Positions 35,128 to 43,642 of a stretch of DNA of 48,884 nt are shown here, in pieces; the first letter of the stretch is position 1; each line of letters starts with the position of its first letter. Location: IMG/VR virus record IMGVR_UViG_3300045988_153650, positions 1 to 48,884 of that record. One strand, written 5' to 3'. Both the position numbers and the translations under genes were made by a program. The notes under the pieces were generated by a model. It saw only the letters and a list, made by a program, of their open reading frames with translations. It was not told the DNA's origin and did not search any database. The stretch comes from a virus.

Positions 35128-35157
35128 TTTGGTACCGACATTGATTTCGGTACCAAA
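35128..35157 (+). repeat. Hairpin motif TTTGGTACCGACATT... (copy 2), 11-bp perfect stem, directly upstream of an RBS
   Basis: tttggtaccga-N8-tcggtaccaaa; first 15 nt identical to 2709-2723. Confidence 0.8.
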
Positions 35158-35167
35158 GGAGGTAAAT

Positions 35168-35365
35168 ATGAAATTTATTAAGAGATTGCTTTGTAAACAT
35201 ACATATACATATACAATAACTAATTTTGGTGGAGATGCCATAAATCAATTCGGATGTAGAAGTTGGAGAATGTGTAGAGAATGTGGGAAAATAATTAAGG
35301 CTGGACTAGATAAAAATTGTAAAAGAATTAATGAACCTTATTATAGAGAAAATTCATTAAAATAA
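35168..35365 (+). CDS. Small zinc-ribbon protein (65 aa)
   Basis: AAAGGAGG RBS; CKH...CRECGK. Confidence 0.55.
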   Translation: MKFIKRLLCKHTYTYTITNFGGDAINQFGCRSWRMCRECGKIIKAGLDKNCKRINEPYYRENSLK

Positions 35366-35392
35366 AACTTTTAAAGAGATTAGGAGGAAATT

Positions 35393-35638
35393 ATGGATAT
35401 CAAAGATATAAAAATAGGTTGTATTGTTCAAGTATTTGACTATTGTAAACAAGATTTGGAAATGTATAAGGTTTTAAATATTTATGTTTCTGAAGATAAT
35501 GAAATAATGTTCAAATGTAATAAAATGAAATTTAATGAAGAAAAAGAATTAGTAATAACCTTAGTAACAACCAATGTTATGAGATTTATTGATGGTAAAG
35601 ATGTTATGAGTATTTATAATAAAATTAATCATGAATAA
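35393..35638 (+). CDS. Hypothetical protein
   Basis: TAGGAGG RBS. Confidence 0.6.
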   Translation: MDIKDIKIGCIVQVFDYCKQDLEMYKVLNIYVSEDNEIMFKCNKMKFNEEKELVITLVTTNVMRFIDGKDVMSIYNKINHE

Positions 35639-35674
35639 AAGTCTTTAAAATAAAGTTCTTAAGGAGATGTTAAT

Positions 35675-35917
35675 ATGTGTAAGCATAAAAATATAGTTGT
35701 AATTCATTATGTAAATGAGGAAACAAATGGATTTATGGGTTGTGAAGTTAGATGTTATGATTGCGATACATATTTATTCAAAAGTAAGGATAAAGGTTAC
35801 AAATTAGCATATGAATATATTGAAAATAATAAAGATAAATTCGATACTTTATTTGATTATACTTGCGACGACTTAAATAAAAAATTTAACATTAAAAACG
35901 GATTTAATTTCGGTTAA
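35675..35917 (+). CDS. Hypothetical Cys-containing protein
   Basis: AAGGAG RBS; CKH...CEVRCYDCD. Confidence 0.6.
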   Translation: MCKHKNIVVIHYVNEETNGFMGCEVRCYDCDTYLFKSKDKGYKLAYEYIENNKDKFDTLFDYTCDDLNKKFNIKNGFNFG

Positions 35918-35949
35918 AATAAAATTTTTAATGAAACTAGGAGGAAGTT

Positions 35950-36162
35950 ATGAAAACTAAAAAATATGGTTATAGAATTTATTTTAGAATAAATGGTAGA
36001 GTAGACTTTGTAGAAATAATACATGGAAATAAAAGTATTTATGAGGATGAAAATATATTGCCTCAAATGCAAGATTATATGAAAGAAAATGATTTAAAGT
36101 TCTTGTATTTAGATGATGTTAATGATGAATTGAGATGTATGGATAATTGGATGTATAAGTAA
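35950..36162 (+). CDS. Hypothetical protein
   Basis: TAGGAGG RBS. Confidence 0.6.
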   Translation: MKTKKYGYRIYFRINGRVDFVEIIHGNKSIYEDENILPQMQDYMKENDLKFLYLDDVNDELRCMDNWMYK

Positions 36163-36290
36163 TGTGTGTAATAAGCTATAGGATTAATTTTCTATAGCTT
36201 TTTTATTTTTATAAACTTATGTATCATTTTCATAACTTATACATATAATAAAGTAACAAAACGTTATATAAGATATGAGGGGGATTAATT

Positions 36291-36512
36291 ATGAAAATAT
36301 ATACTTTAGAAAGCAAAAACGAAGTTTTGGCTATATTAACTCACAATGATAACATGAGCTATAGAGATTTTAAAAATATATGCCAAGAAGCTTCAGAAGG
36401 CACAGAGAATGACTTTTACAGTTTAAAGGATATATTAATCAATGATTATAAATTTCAAGTTGTTGAAGCTTGTGGAGGATTTGAAGTGGCTAAAAAGAAA
36501 GGAAGTTTCTAA
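36291..36512 (+). CDS. Hypothetical protein
   Basis: GAGGGGG RBS. Confidence 0.6.
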   Translation: MKIYTLESKNEVLAILTHNDNMSYRDFKNICQEASEGTENDFYSLKDILINDYKFQVVEACGGFEVAKKKGSF

Positions 36513-36581
36513 TGGGTATTGTTGCAGTTACTTATTTAGGATATATAGCTATTATAGTAGCTTTAATATAGGGGGATTAAT

Positions 36582-36698
36582 ATGAATTGGGATAAAGGTT
36601 GTTATGAATGTTATGAGTATGAAATAATATCAGAAACTGAAACTTATTATCTATGTAGATGTATCAGATGTGGTAATTTCTTTAAAACCTATAAGTAA
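36582..36698 (+). CDS. Zinc-ribbon mini-protein (38 aa)
   Basis: GGGGGA RBS; CYEC...CRCIRCG. Confidence 0.4.
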   Translation: MNWDKGCYECYEYEIISETETYYLCRCIRCGNFFKTYK

Positions 36699-36819
36699 AA
36701 AAATAAGGTGGGGAATTATCCTCACCTACTACTATTACTACTAATATTTTTATCATTTTTATATAAATTCTTTATAATATATTTTTCTTATATTGTAGCA
36801 GATTTGAAGGGGGTTAGCT

Positions 36820-37986
36820 ATGATAATAAATTTAGGTAAATATTCTTTTTTAAATAATGCAAAAGAAAAAATTATTAATTTGATTTGTGATAAATTTAAT
36901 ATAGCCGACTATCCAAATTTGCATAGTTTTATAGATGTTAAGCAGTTAGATGTTATAAATGTATATGATAATGAAGTTTTGTATAAGTTTAAATTAAGAC
37001 TTAAAAGACATGGAGAAGTTACAATAAATAATTTAGAAGATTATAGAGAAGTAATTGAAAATATAGTTGAAAGACCTATAAATTTTAAGATAGTTGATTA
37101 TAAAAATATATATGTAGAGGTATTATATTCAGAACAAGAAAAAGAACAAGAAAGTATAGGTATTGATAATATAATTAAATATGAATATATGCCTACAGAA
37201 GCTTTTAATGAGTATAAAGTTGATAATACTATAAAATATCAATTCAAAGAAGGAGAAAAGGAAGGACTTAGCTTTTATTTAGGTAAAGATTTAGAAGGTA
37301 ATGACTTTAAGATAGATATGTTGGACGGTAGCTTATTAATAGGTGGCATGACTGGGGCAGGAAAATCTAATATTGTAAATGTATTGATTACAAGCTTAAT
37401 GCTTACTTATACTGAAAAAGAATTAGTTTTCTTAGGTTGTGATATGGCTGAATCTGATGTGTATTATTTCAGAAATCATAAGCATTTTAGAGGAATGTCT
37501 ACTACTTGTGGTAAGTTTTTAGAGCAAGTTGAATGGTTAGAAAAGAAGTTTAAAGAAAGATCAAAAATATTAAATGATGCAGGGTGCAGAAATGTAGTAA
37601 GTTATAATCAAAAGCATGATACAAAAATGAGTTACCTTGTATTTGTAATAGATGAAGTTGTATTATTGACTAGAAATAGTAAATGTAAAGATAAGCTTCA
37701 CGATATAATGTGTGTAGGAAGAAAGTATGGATGTTATTTTATATTATGCTTACAAGATGCTACAAAAGACACCATAGGTAAATGCAAAATGAATTGCCCA
37801 CAAGTTATAGGACTTAGAACTAATGATGAAACTGATAGCAATACTATTATAGGCAAGGGGCATAATTTACAAGATATAAAAGACGTAGGAAGATGTAAAG
37901 TTAAAAATAAAAATGGAGTTACAGAAGTTCAAAGTTATTTTATAGAAGAAGATTTAATAGATAAATTATTAAAAGACTGTAAATAG
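36820..37986 (+). CDS. FtsK/SpoIIIE-family P-loop ATPase (no TM segments)
   Basis: Walker A GGMTGAGKSN, Walker B LVFVIDEV, downstream GLRTND...; about 170-aa unknown N-terminal domain. Confidence 0.75.
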   Translation: MIINLGKYSFLNNAKEKIINLICDKFNIADYPNLHSFIDVKQLDVINVYDNEVLYKFKLRLKRHGEVTINNLEDYREVIENIVERPINFKIVDYKNIYVEVLYSEQEKEQESIGIDNIIKYEYMPTEAFNEYKVDNTIKYQFKEGEKEGLSFYLGKDLEGNDFKIDMLDGSLLIGGMTGAGKSNIVNVLITSLMLTYTEKELVFLGCDMAESDVYYFRNHKHFRGMSTTCGKFLEQVEWLEKKFKERSKILNDAGCRNVVSYNQKHDTKMSYLVFVIDEVVLLTRNSKCKDKLHDIMCVGRKYGCYFILCLQDATKDTIGKCKMNCPQVIGLRTNDETDSNTIIGKGHNLQDIKDVGRCKVKNKNGVTEVQSYFIEEDLIDKLLKDCK

Positions 37987-37996
37987 GAGGCTTAAA

Positions 37997-38392
37997 ATGG
38001 TTTCATATTGCTATAGGTTTAAAGATATTAATAATAACGTAATTTATGTTGGTAAAACTGTAGATATAAACAAAAGAATGGCACAACATTTTGGTGGTAA
38101 AGGTCATCTTGATAAAGATTGTTATAAATCTGTAGCAGTAATAGAGTATCAAAAGTATAAGACTGAAAGTGATGCTTTAATTTATGAAACTTATTATATA
38201 ACAAAATATTCTCCTAAGTATAATAAATTAGGTCAATCAAGAGATAAGCCAACAATTCAGCTAGATGAAAAAGAATGGAAAACTTATCAAGTGCTCAAAA
38301 AGCAAGTTGAAAATAGCACTCCTTACTGGGGCTGCTTAACTTATATATTAATAATTGCTTTAATATATGCAATATTTCAGTTGATAGCTTGA
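37997..38392 (+). CDS. GIY-YIG nuclease-domain protein with a C-terminal transmembrane helix
   Basis: YCYRF...VIYVGKT...R..QH...YETYYITKYSPKYN; C-terminal WGCLTYILIIALIYAIFQLIA. Confidence 0.7.
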   Translation: MVSYCYRFKDINNNVIYVGKTVDINKRMAQHFGGKGHLDKDCYKSVAVIEYQKYKTESDALIYETYYITKYSPKYNKLGQSRDKPTIQLDEKEWKTYQVLKKQVENSTPYWGCLTYILIIALIYAIFQLIA

Positions 38393-38400
38393 GGTGAAAC

Positions 38401-38571
38401 ATGAACGAGAAAATAAATGAAGCTATAAAGAAAAGTGGATTAAAAAAGAAGTGGATAGCTGCACAGTTAGATATAACATATAACAGTTTAAGAAGGAAAT
38501 TAAAAGGTGAAATTCATTTTAGTAAATTAGAATTAGAAAAAATTTATTCCATCTTAGAGAAATATCTTTAA
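38401..38571 (+). CDS. Small HTH protein (56 aa)
   Basis: GLKKKWIAAQLDITYNSLRRKL. Confidence 0.5.
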   Translation: MNEKINEAIKKSGLKKKWIAAQLDITYNSLRRKLKGEIHFSKLELEKIYSILEKYL

Positions 38572-38675
38572 TTATGTGTTATAATTATATTACCATATGT
38601 AGTATTAAAATAAATTTAAATGGGGTATAACACTTTTACCTTGAAATTTTGTAAAATTCTATTGACTTAAAAATG

Positions 38676-38710
38676 TACTTCCTAAAATTGGAGGTATATT
38701 TTTTTATTTT
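38676..38710 (+). terminator. Rho-independent terminator
   Basis: tacttcc/ggaggta stem (one G-U) followed by T-runs. Confidence 0.5.
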
Positions 38711-38711
38711 T

Positions 38712-38742
38712 TTGTATCTTTTCGATACAATTATGATATAAT
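38712..38742 (+). promoter_or_regulatory. Promoter with palindromic operator TTGTATC-N5-GATACAA and extended -10 TGATATAAT
   Basis: ttgtatcttttcgatacaattatgatataat. Confidence 0.65.
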
Positions 38743-38774
38743 AATTATATAAGTTATGAATGGGGGGAGAATAA

Positions 38775-39803
38775 ATGGATATAAATGAATTAAGATTAAT
38801 GCAGAACTATCCTTTAGAATTAAAAATAATGAAAACTCAACAAAGGATCAGAGAATGGGTGAGCGAGTATGGAACAGACGGAGTATATGTGGCTTTTAGT
38901 GGGGGAAAAGATAGTACAGTATTACTCCATATAGTAAGAAACTTATATCCTAATATAGAAGGAGTGTTTGCTAATACTGGAAATGAATTTCCTGAGATAG
39001 TACAATTTGTAAGAAAGCAAGAAAATATTAAATGGGTAAAGCCTAGAAAATCTTTTGCTAAAGTATTGAAAGAAGAGGGTTACCCTATAATAAGCAAAAA
39101 AACAAGTAGAATGATAAGAGATTGCCAAAACCCTACCGAAAGAAATTCCAAGAGCAGAAAACTTTACCTTTCAGATTATGCACTTGATAAAGATGGGAAT
39201 TTAACTACTATAAAAAATAATAGTTTTAAGATAGCTCATAAACATAGATATTTGATAGATGCACCTTTCAAAATAAGTGAAAAGTGCTGCAATTATTTAA
39301 AAAAATATCCTATGCAAGATTATGAGAAACAAAGTGGTAAAAAGCCTATAATAGGAACTCAAGCAAGCGAGAGCAAAATGAGAGAAAGTGCATATTTGCA
39401 AACTGGGTGTAATAATTTTAAAGGTGGTAAATGTCAACCTTTGGGCTTTTGGACTGAACAAGATGTATTGGAGTATATTTATAAATTTAATTTAGAAATA
39501 GCTTCTGTATATGGTGAAGTTATATTAGAGGATGGAAAATATAGAACTACTGGTGAAACTCGTACTGGATGTGTAGCGTGTGGATATGGATGTAGTATGT
39601 GGCGAAGCGACGAAGATAATAGATATTTAAGACTAGAACAAACTCACCCAAAACTTCATAATCACATAATCAATAATTTAGGATTTAAAGAAGTTTTAGA
39701 TTATATGAATATAAAATACACAAATAAAGAAGATCTAAAAATAGAAAAAGAAAAAGTTGAGCTAGGAAACTTGGAGGTAGAGCAGTTAAAATGGATAATT
39801 TAG
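38775..39803 (+). CDS. PAPS-reductase-family PP-loop protein (IbrA/DndC-like fold)
   Basis: PP-loop VAFSGGKDSTV; C-terminal Cys cluster GCVACGYGC. Confidence 0.85.
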   Translation: MDINELRLMQNYPLELKIMKTQQRIREWVSEYGTDGVYVAFSGGKDSTVLLHIVRNLYPNIEGVFANTGNEFPEIVQFVRKQENIKWVKPRKSFAKVLKEEGYPIISKKTSRMIRDCQNPTERNSKSRKLYLSDYALDKDGNLTTIKNNSFKIAHKHRYLIDAPFKISEKCCNYLKKYPMQDYEKQSGKKPIIGTQASESKMRESAYLQTGCNNFKGGKCQPLGFWTEQDVLEYIYKFNLEIASVYGEVILEDGKYRTTGETRTGCVACGYGCSMWRSDEDNRYLRLEQTHPKLHNHIINNLGFKEVLDYMNIKYTNKEDLKIEKEKVELGNLEVEQLKWII

Positions 39804-39967
39804 AATTGCTAGAAATAAAGATAAAAGAAAAATATACATTGCAAGAATTTGCAGAAGATGTTCTTGGAATTACTAGAAATAGCTTATACAGAAAGCTTCA
39901 TAGGGGAGTTAGATTTACCAAGTTAGAGAAAGACAAGGTAAAAGAAGTTCTGAATATAGATTTATAA
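39791..39967 (+). CDS. Small HTH protein (58 aa)
   Basis: YTLQEFAEDVLGITRNSLYRKL; overlaps the upstream stop. Confidence 0.5.
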   Translation: MDNLELLEIKIKEKYTLQEFAEDVLGITRNSLYRKLHRGVRFTKLEKDKVKEVLNIDL

Positions 39968-39976
39968 AAGCAAAAG

Positions 39977-40013
39977 ATTGAGAAGTTTGTCGATAATTTC
40001 TCAATAAATTTTT
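39977..40013 (+). terminator. Terminator-like hairpin
   Basis: attgagaa-N13-ttctcaat followed by aaattttt. Confidence 0.4.
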
Positions 40014-40021
40014 AAAAATAA

Positions 40022-40051
40022 TGTATCGTTTCGATACAAATGTGATATAAT
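40022..40051 (+). promoter_or_regulatory. Promoter with palindromic operator TGTATC-N5-GATACA and extended -10 TGTGATATAAT
   Basis: tgtatcgtttcgatacaaatgtgatataat. Confidence 0.65.
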
Positions 40052-40099
40052 ATAAATATAGAAAAGGGAAAGATAAAATAAAATTTGGAGGTATTGGAA

Positions 40100-40351
40100 A
40101 TGAAAATAAAAATAGATGAAAGATTCAAAGAAGAAGTATACAACGAGTTACAAGAGAAAAGAAGAGAAGTTGATAAAATGAAAAATAAATTCATAGAAGG
40201 GAAATGCAGTGATTATGCACTTAGTGGGAAAATTGATTTCTATGAAAAAGAAATTAGTTATCTAGAAGGTAGATTAACTACTTTAGAACTTATAGAAAGT
40301 GGATGTTTTTACACAATAGTAAATAATGAAGGGGTTGAAGCTTATGTATAA
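40100..40351 (+). CDS. Hypothetical protein
   Basis: ATG after GGAGG. Confidence 0.55.
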   Translation: MKIKIDERFKEEVYNELQEKRREVDKMKNKFIEGKCSDYALSGKIDFYEKEISYLEGRLTTLELIESGCFYTIVNNEGVEAYV

Positions 40352-40484
40352 GTTTGATAGTGAAGCTTTTATAAAAGAAATGGAAAGTCTTGAGGGAGTA
40401 GAGGAAATTCCCCTAGACTATGAAGATTTTGAATTAGAGGAATATGAGAGAATGAATGAAAGAGATTTAAAAGGAGGTATGTAA
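40344..40484 (+). CDS. Acidic mini-protein (46 aa)
   Basis: Overlapping start; fills a gap. Confidence 0.4.
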   Translation: MYKFDSEAFIKEMESLEGVEEIPLDYEDFELEEYERMNERDLKGGM

Positions 40485-40485
40485 T

Positions 40486-40632
40486 ATGTGTGAAGGGTAT
40501 TGGGAAACTTGCAAGTGTGAAGATTGTAAAAAGGTTAAAGAATTATTTTCAGATATAAGTTTTTATTGGGATAATGAAGAGGAAAGAGAAGAGATAGAAA
40601 GAATAATAGAAAATATGGGACATTCAATATAA
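40486..40632 (+). CDS. Mini-protein (48 aa)
   Basis: AAGGAGG RBS; CEGYWETCKCEDC. Confidence 0.4.
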   Translation: MCEGYWETCKCEDCKKVKELFSDISFYWDNEEEREEIERIIENMGHSI

Positions 40633-40706
40633 ATTAATGGGGCTAGGTTGGGAACACTCAATACTAGCCCTTAAGAGGTGAAAAGACATTTAAAGGAGGG
40701 GATAAA

Positions 40707-40928
40707 ATGGAGGAATTAGAATTTATAAAAAATGAAAGAGTAAAGCTTCAAAATATTTATTTGAAAGAAGCTAAAAACATATGGACTAATTTTGAAGGTA
40801 TAGAAGCTGATAAGAAGCACAAAAAATCTTACAATGAATATAGAAACAAAGATTACTTTTTAGAGGGCTTACAAGCTAAAATAGAGGATATTTTGAAGGA
40901 TTTAGAATATTACAAAGAGAATAAATAA
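40707..40928 (+). CDS. Hypothetical protein
   Basis: AAGGAGGGG RBS. Confidence 0.6.
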   Translation: MEELEFIKNERVKLQNIYLKEAKNIWTNFEGIEADKKHKKSYNEYRNKDYFLEGLQAKIEDILKDLEYYKENK

Positions 40929-40943
40929 GGGGAGTACAATAAA

Positions 40944-41048
40944 ATGAGTATAGTTATATTACAAGAGTTTATAAAGGAATTTGGAGTAAAAGCAGATAAA
41001 AGATTTTTTCACTTAATACAATATAAGAAGATAAAGGAAGGTAAATAG
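40944..41048 (+). CDS. Mini-protein (34 aa)
   Basis: GGGGAG RBS. Confidence 0.3.
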   Translation: MSIVILQEFIKEFGVKADKRFFHLIQYKKIKEGK

Positions 41049-41050
41049 GA

Positions 41051-41746
41051 ATGGAGATAAGATTACTAAAAGCTAATGAAATAGAGTGTAGAATAGGGAC
41101 TTTTAAAGAAGGGAAGGGAATTAGCTTATTGCTTTACAAAGATGCTAGGGTTGATATGAGAATACTTGATGAAGTATTTGGGTTTGACGGTTGGGAAAGA
41201 GAGCACCAGCTTATAGACGGTAAATTATTTTGCACAGTAAAAGTGTGGAGCGAAAAAAGGAATTGCTGGATAAGTAAGCAAGATGTAGGAACTGAAAGTA
41301 ATACAGAAAAAGAAAAAGGGCAAGTATCAGACAGTTTTAAAAGAGCGTGTTTTAATCTAGGTATAGGAAGGGAATTATATACTTCGCCTTTTATATGGAT
41401 TCCAGCTTCAATGGGTTATAGTAAGTACGAAAAATTTGAAGTTAAAGAAATAGGCTACAATGATGATAGAGAAATAAATATGCTAGTTATAGTTGATAGT
41501 AAAGGTAAAGAATGTTTTAGATTTGGAGATAAAACTAAGCAAGTAAAACAAGTAAAAAGAGAAGTTACAGAAGCTATGGTAAAAGCACTTTATAAAATAG
41601 CTAACGATAAAGGCTATAGTGATGATATGGTTGAAAAAGCTTCTAAAAGGGACTATAAGAATAATGTAATAGATATATCAATGAAAGATTATATGACATT
41701 AAAAGCTAAATTAGAAGGACTTGAAGCTAAAAAAGTAGGGGCTTAA
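41051..41746 (+). CDS. Rad52/Sak-family single-strand annealing protein
   Basis: YKDARVDMRILDEVFGFDGW...KGQVSDSFKRACFNLGIGRELY. Confidence 0.75.
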   Translation: MEIRLLKANEIECRIGTFKEGKGISLLLYKDARVDMRILDEVFGFDGWEREHQLIDGKLFCTVKVWSEKRNCWISKQDVGTESNTEKEKGQVSDSFKRACFNLGIGRELYTSPFIWIPASMGYSKYEKFEVKEIGYNDDREINMLVIVDSKGKECFRFGDKTKQVKQVKREVTEAMVKALYKIANDKGYSDDMVEKASKRDYKNNVIDISMKDYMTLKAKLEGLEAKKVGA

Positions 41747-41777
41747 TTGTCCTTATTTTTCAGTATAGGGGGAAGGT

Positions 41778-41876
41778 ATGAATTTATTTAATGATTTAAT
41801 TTTGATGGTAGCAGGATTTGATTTATTTGTGATGTATTTAATATATAAAGCTATAAGCTTTTACAGAAATAATTAA
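41778..41876 (+). CDS. Small hydrophobic peptide (32 aa)
   Basis: GGGGGAAGG RBS. Confidence 0.3.
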   Translation: MNLFNDLILMVAGFDLFVMYLIYKAISFYRNN

Positions 41877-41887
41877 GGGGGCATAAA

Positions 41888-42508
41888 ATGGGGGAGAAAA
41901 AAGGAATTGATATAAAAAAGTGTGCTTATAAGGTTATTGTAGATAGCAGAGAAAAGTCTATAAATCACATACTAACTAAATTTGAAGAAGGCTTTGAGCT
42001 TAAACCTAGCCACCACGATATGTATAGGGGTATCAAGAGTAAATATAGTAATCCAGTAGCTTATTATAAGCAAGATAAAGGCTTAAAAACTGGAGATTTT
42101 ACTATATGTGTGCAACTACCAAGTGGAGAACAAATTAACTTCAAAGATAAGGTTGTAATAGAAAGAAAACAAGGACTTAATGAACTTTGTTCAAACTTGT
42201 TTGATAAAGATAGTAAAGATAGTGAAGGACTTAATAGATTTGAGCGTGAGTTAAAGCGTGGGTATGAGCAAGGGATAAAGATTTATTTATTAGTCGAACA
42301 GTCTGACTTATACAGTAAAATTTATTCTAGTAAACATTTCAGATACGATAAAGCTTCTAAAGTAAACCCGTCAAGCTTTGTTGCTATGTTAGAAAGTTTA
42401 TTAGTTAGATATAATGTTAATCTAGTTTATTGTGATAAGAAAGACAGTGCCAGAATTATAAATGATATTTTGTATTATGAAGCTAGAGAATATTTAAAAA
42501 AAATTTAG
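41888..42508 (+). CDS. ERCC4-type (Mus81/XPF-like) nuclease, candidate junction resolvase
   Basis: VDSREK ... TGDFTI ... VIERKQGLNEL (GD-ERK signature). Confidence 0.65.
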   Translation: MGEKKGIDIKKCAYKVIVDSREKSINHILTKFEEGFELKPSHHDMYRGIKSKYSNPVAYYKQDKGLKTGDFTICVQLPSGEQINFKDKVVIERKQGLNELCSNLFDKDSKDSEGLNRFERELKRGYEQGIKIYLLVEQSDLYSKIYSSKHFRYDKASKVNPSSFVAMLESLLVRYNVNLVYCDKKDSARIINDILYYEAREYLKKI

Positions 42509-42546
42509 TTAAAATTAAAATTTTAAAGGAAATTGGAGAGAGAATC

Positions 42547-42747
42547 GTGAGAAAATATGGATTAAAATATAGAACTATTGTTGATGAAGATATGAACATT
42601 ATAAAAAATGTTTATAGTCCAGTTTTATATATAAATAACGAAGAAGTTTTTATATCTCAAGGAGATGCAATAATGGAATTTGATAATAGGGAAGATGCTT
42701 TAACACAAGCAAAAGAAACTTATATCAAGATTAAGGATAAGATTTAA
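42547..42747 (+). CDS. Hypothetical protein
   Basis: GTG start after GGAGAGAG. Confidence 0.5.
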   Translation: MRKYGLKYRTIVDEDMNIIKNVYSPVLYINNEEVFISQGDAIMEFDNREDALTQAKETYIKIKDKI

Positions 42748-42780
42748 TTAAAAAAACTTTTAAGAGGTTAGGAGGTAGTT

Positions 42781-42966
42781 ATGAAAATAGGAAAATTAAA
42801 ATGTGTCAGAGATGTTAAATGCAATAACTGTGGTAAGGTGCTTAAAGAAGATATTGATTATAGATATTCTGTAACAGGAGGATATTCTAAAACTGGATTG
42901 TTATTTTGCGAGGATTGTTTTTTAGATTTAAAAAGAACAATAAGTGAAATGTGGATAATAATATAA
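42781..42966 (+). CDS. Zinc-ribbon protein
   Basis: TAGGAGG RBS; CNNCGK...CEDC. Confidence 0.55.
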   Translation: MKIGKLKCVRDVKCNNCGKVLKEDIDYRYSVTGGYSKTGLLFCEDCFLDLKRTISEMWIII

Positions 42967-42978
42967 GGGGTGATTGAT

Positions 42979-43095
42979 ATGAAAGAATTTAGTATATATG
43001 TAAACGGAAAGTTTGTTTTTAAAGGGTATAATGTTTTTAAAAAATATTTTGAGTTATGTGATTTGTATGGTGAAGAAAATGTTGAAATAAAATAA
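42979..43095 (+). CDS. Mini-protein (38 aa)
   Basis: GGGGTGA RBS. Confidence 0.35.
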   Translation: MKEFSIYVNGKFVFKGYNVFKKYFELCDLYGEENVEIK

Positions 43096-43142
43096 TTCAT
43101 TAAATCAATTAAAATAAAGTTTTTAACAAAATTAATTAAAAG

Positions 43143-43167
43143 GACTATAGAAATATAGTCTTTTTTT
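43143..43167 (+). terminator. Rho-independent terminator
   Basis: gactata-gaaa-tatagtc followed by T7. Confidence 0.7.
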
Positions 43168-43258
43168 GTCGCAAAAAAACGAACATTAAATAATTCAAAG
43201 TATCATATTTTGAGATACAATATTAATAAAGCTAAAATAAATAAAGGAGAGGGTTTGA

Positions 43259-43426
43259 ATGTTTAATTTAGGGGATAAAGTTGAAGTTAATTTACATAAT
43301 AAAAGTATTCACAGGGAAGGGGTTATAATAGAAATGAAGCCACACAAAGGCAAAATAGTTTACAAAGTTCTATTTGAAAGCGATAAGGTAAGTTGGTTAA
43401 GTGGTTCTGAGCTTATAAAATTGTAA
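43259..43426 (+). CDS. Hypothetical protein (55 aa)
   Basis: AGGAGAGGG RBS. Confidence 0.45.
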   Translation: MFNLGDKVEVNLHNKSIHREGVIIEMKPHKGKIVYKVLFESDKVSWLSGSELIKL

Positions 43427-43449
43427 TTTATTTCTAAAGAGGTGATTTT

Positions 43450-43629
43450 ATGAAGGTAAAAGAATATAGACTTTTAAATGGATATACACAAACTGAAATT
43501 GCTAATATTTTGAATATAAAACAAAATAGTTATAGTAATAAAGAATTAGGGAAAAGGGCTTTTACAATAGAGGAGATAAAATTATTAAAAGAATTGTTTG
43601 AAGTAACTTATGATGATTTATTAAATTAA
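43450..43629 (+). CDS. XRE-family HTH protein (59 aa)
   Basis: LLNGYTQTEIANILNIKQNSYSNKELGKR. Confidence 0.65.
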   Translation: MKVKEYRLLNGYTQTEIANILNIKQNSYSNKELGKRAFTIEEIKLLKELFEVTYDDLLN

Positions 43630-43642
43630 TAGGGGGGAGTAA

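Noticed and set aside
43450-43629. XRE-type HTH as a CI-like lysogeny repressor paired with an integrase
   Set aside because: It is co-oriented with and directly upstream of the replication genes, with no divergent cro-like partner. I recognise no recombinase in the genome. It is reported only as an HTH regulator.
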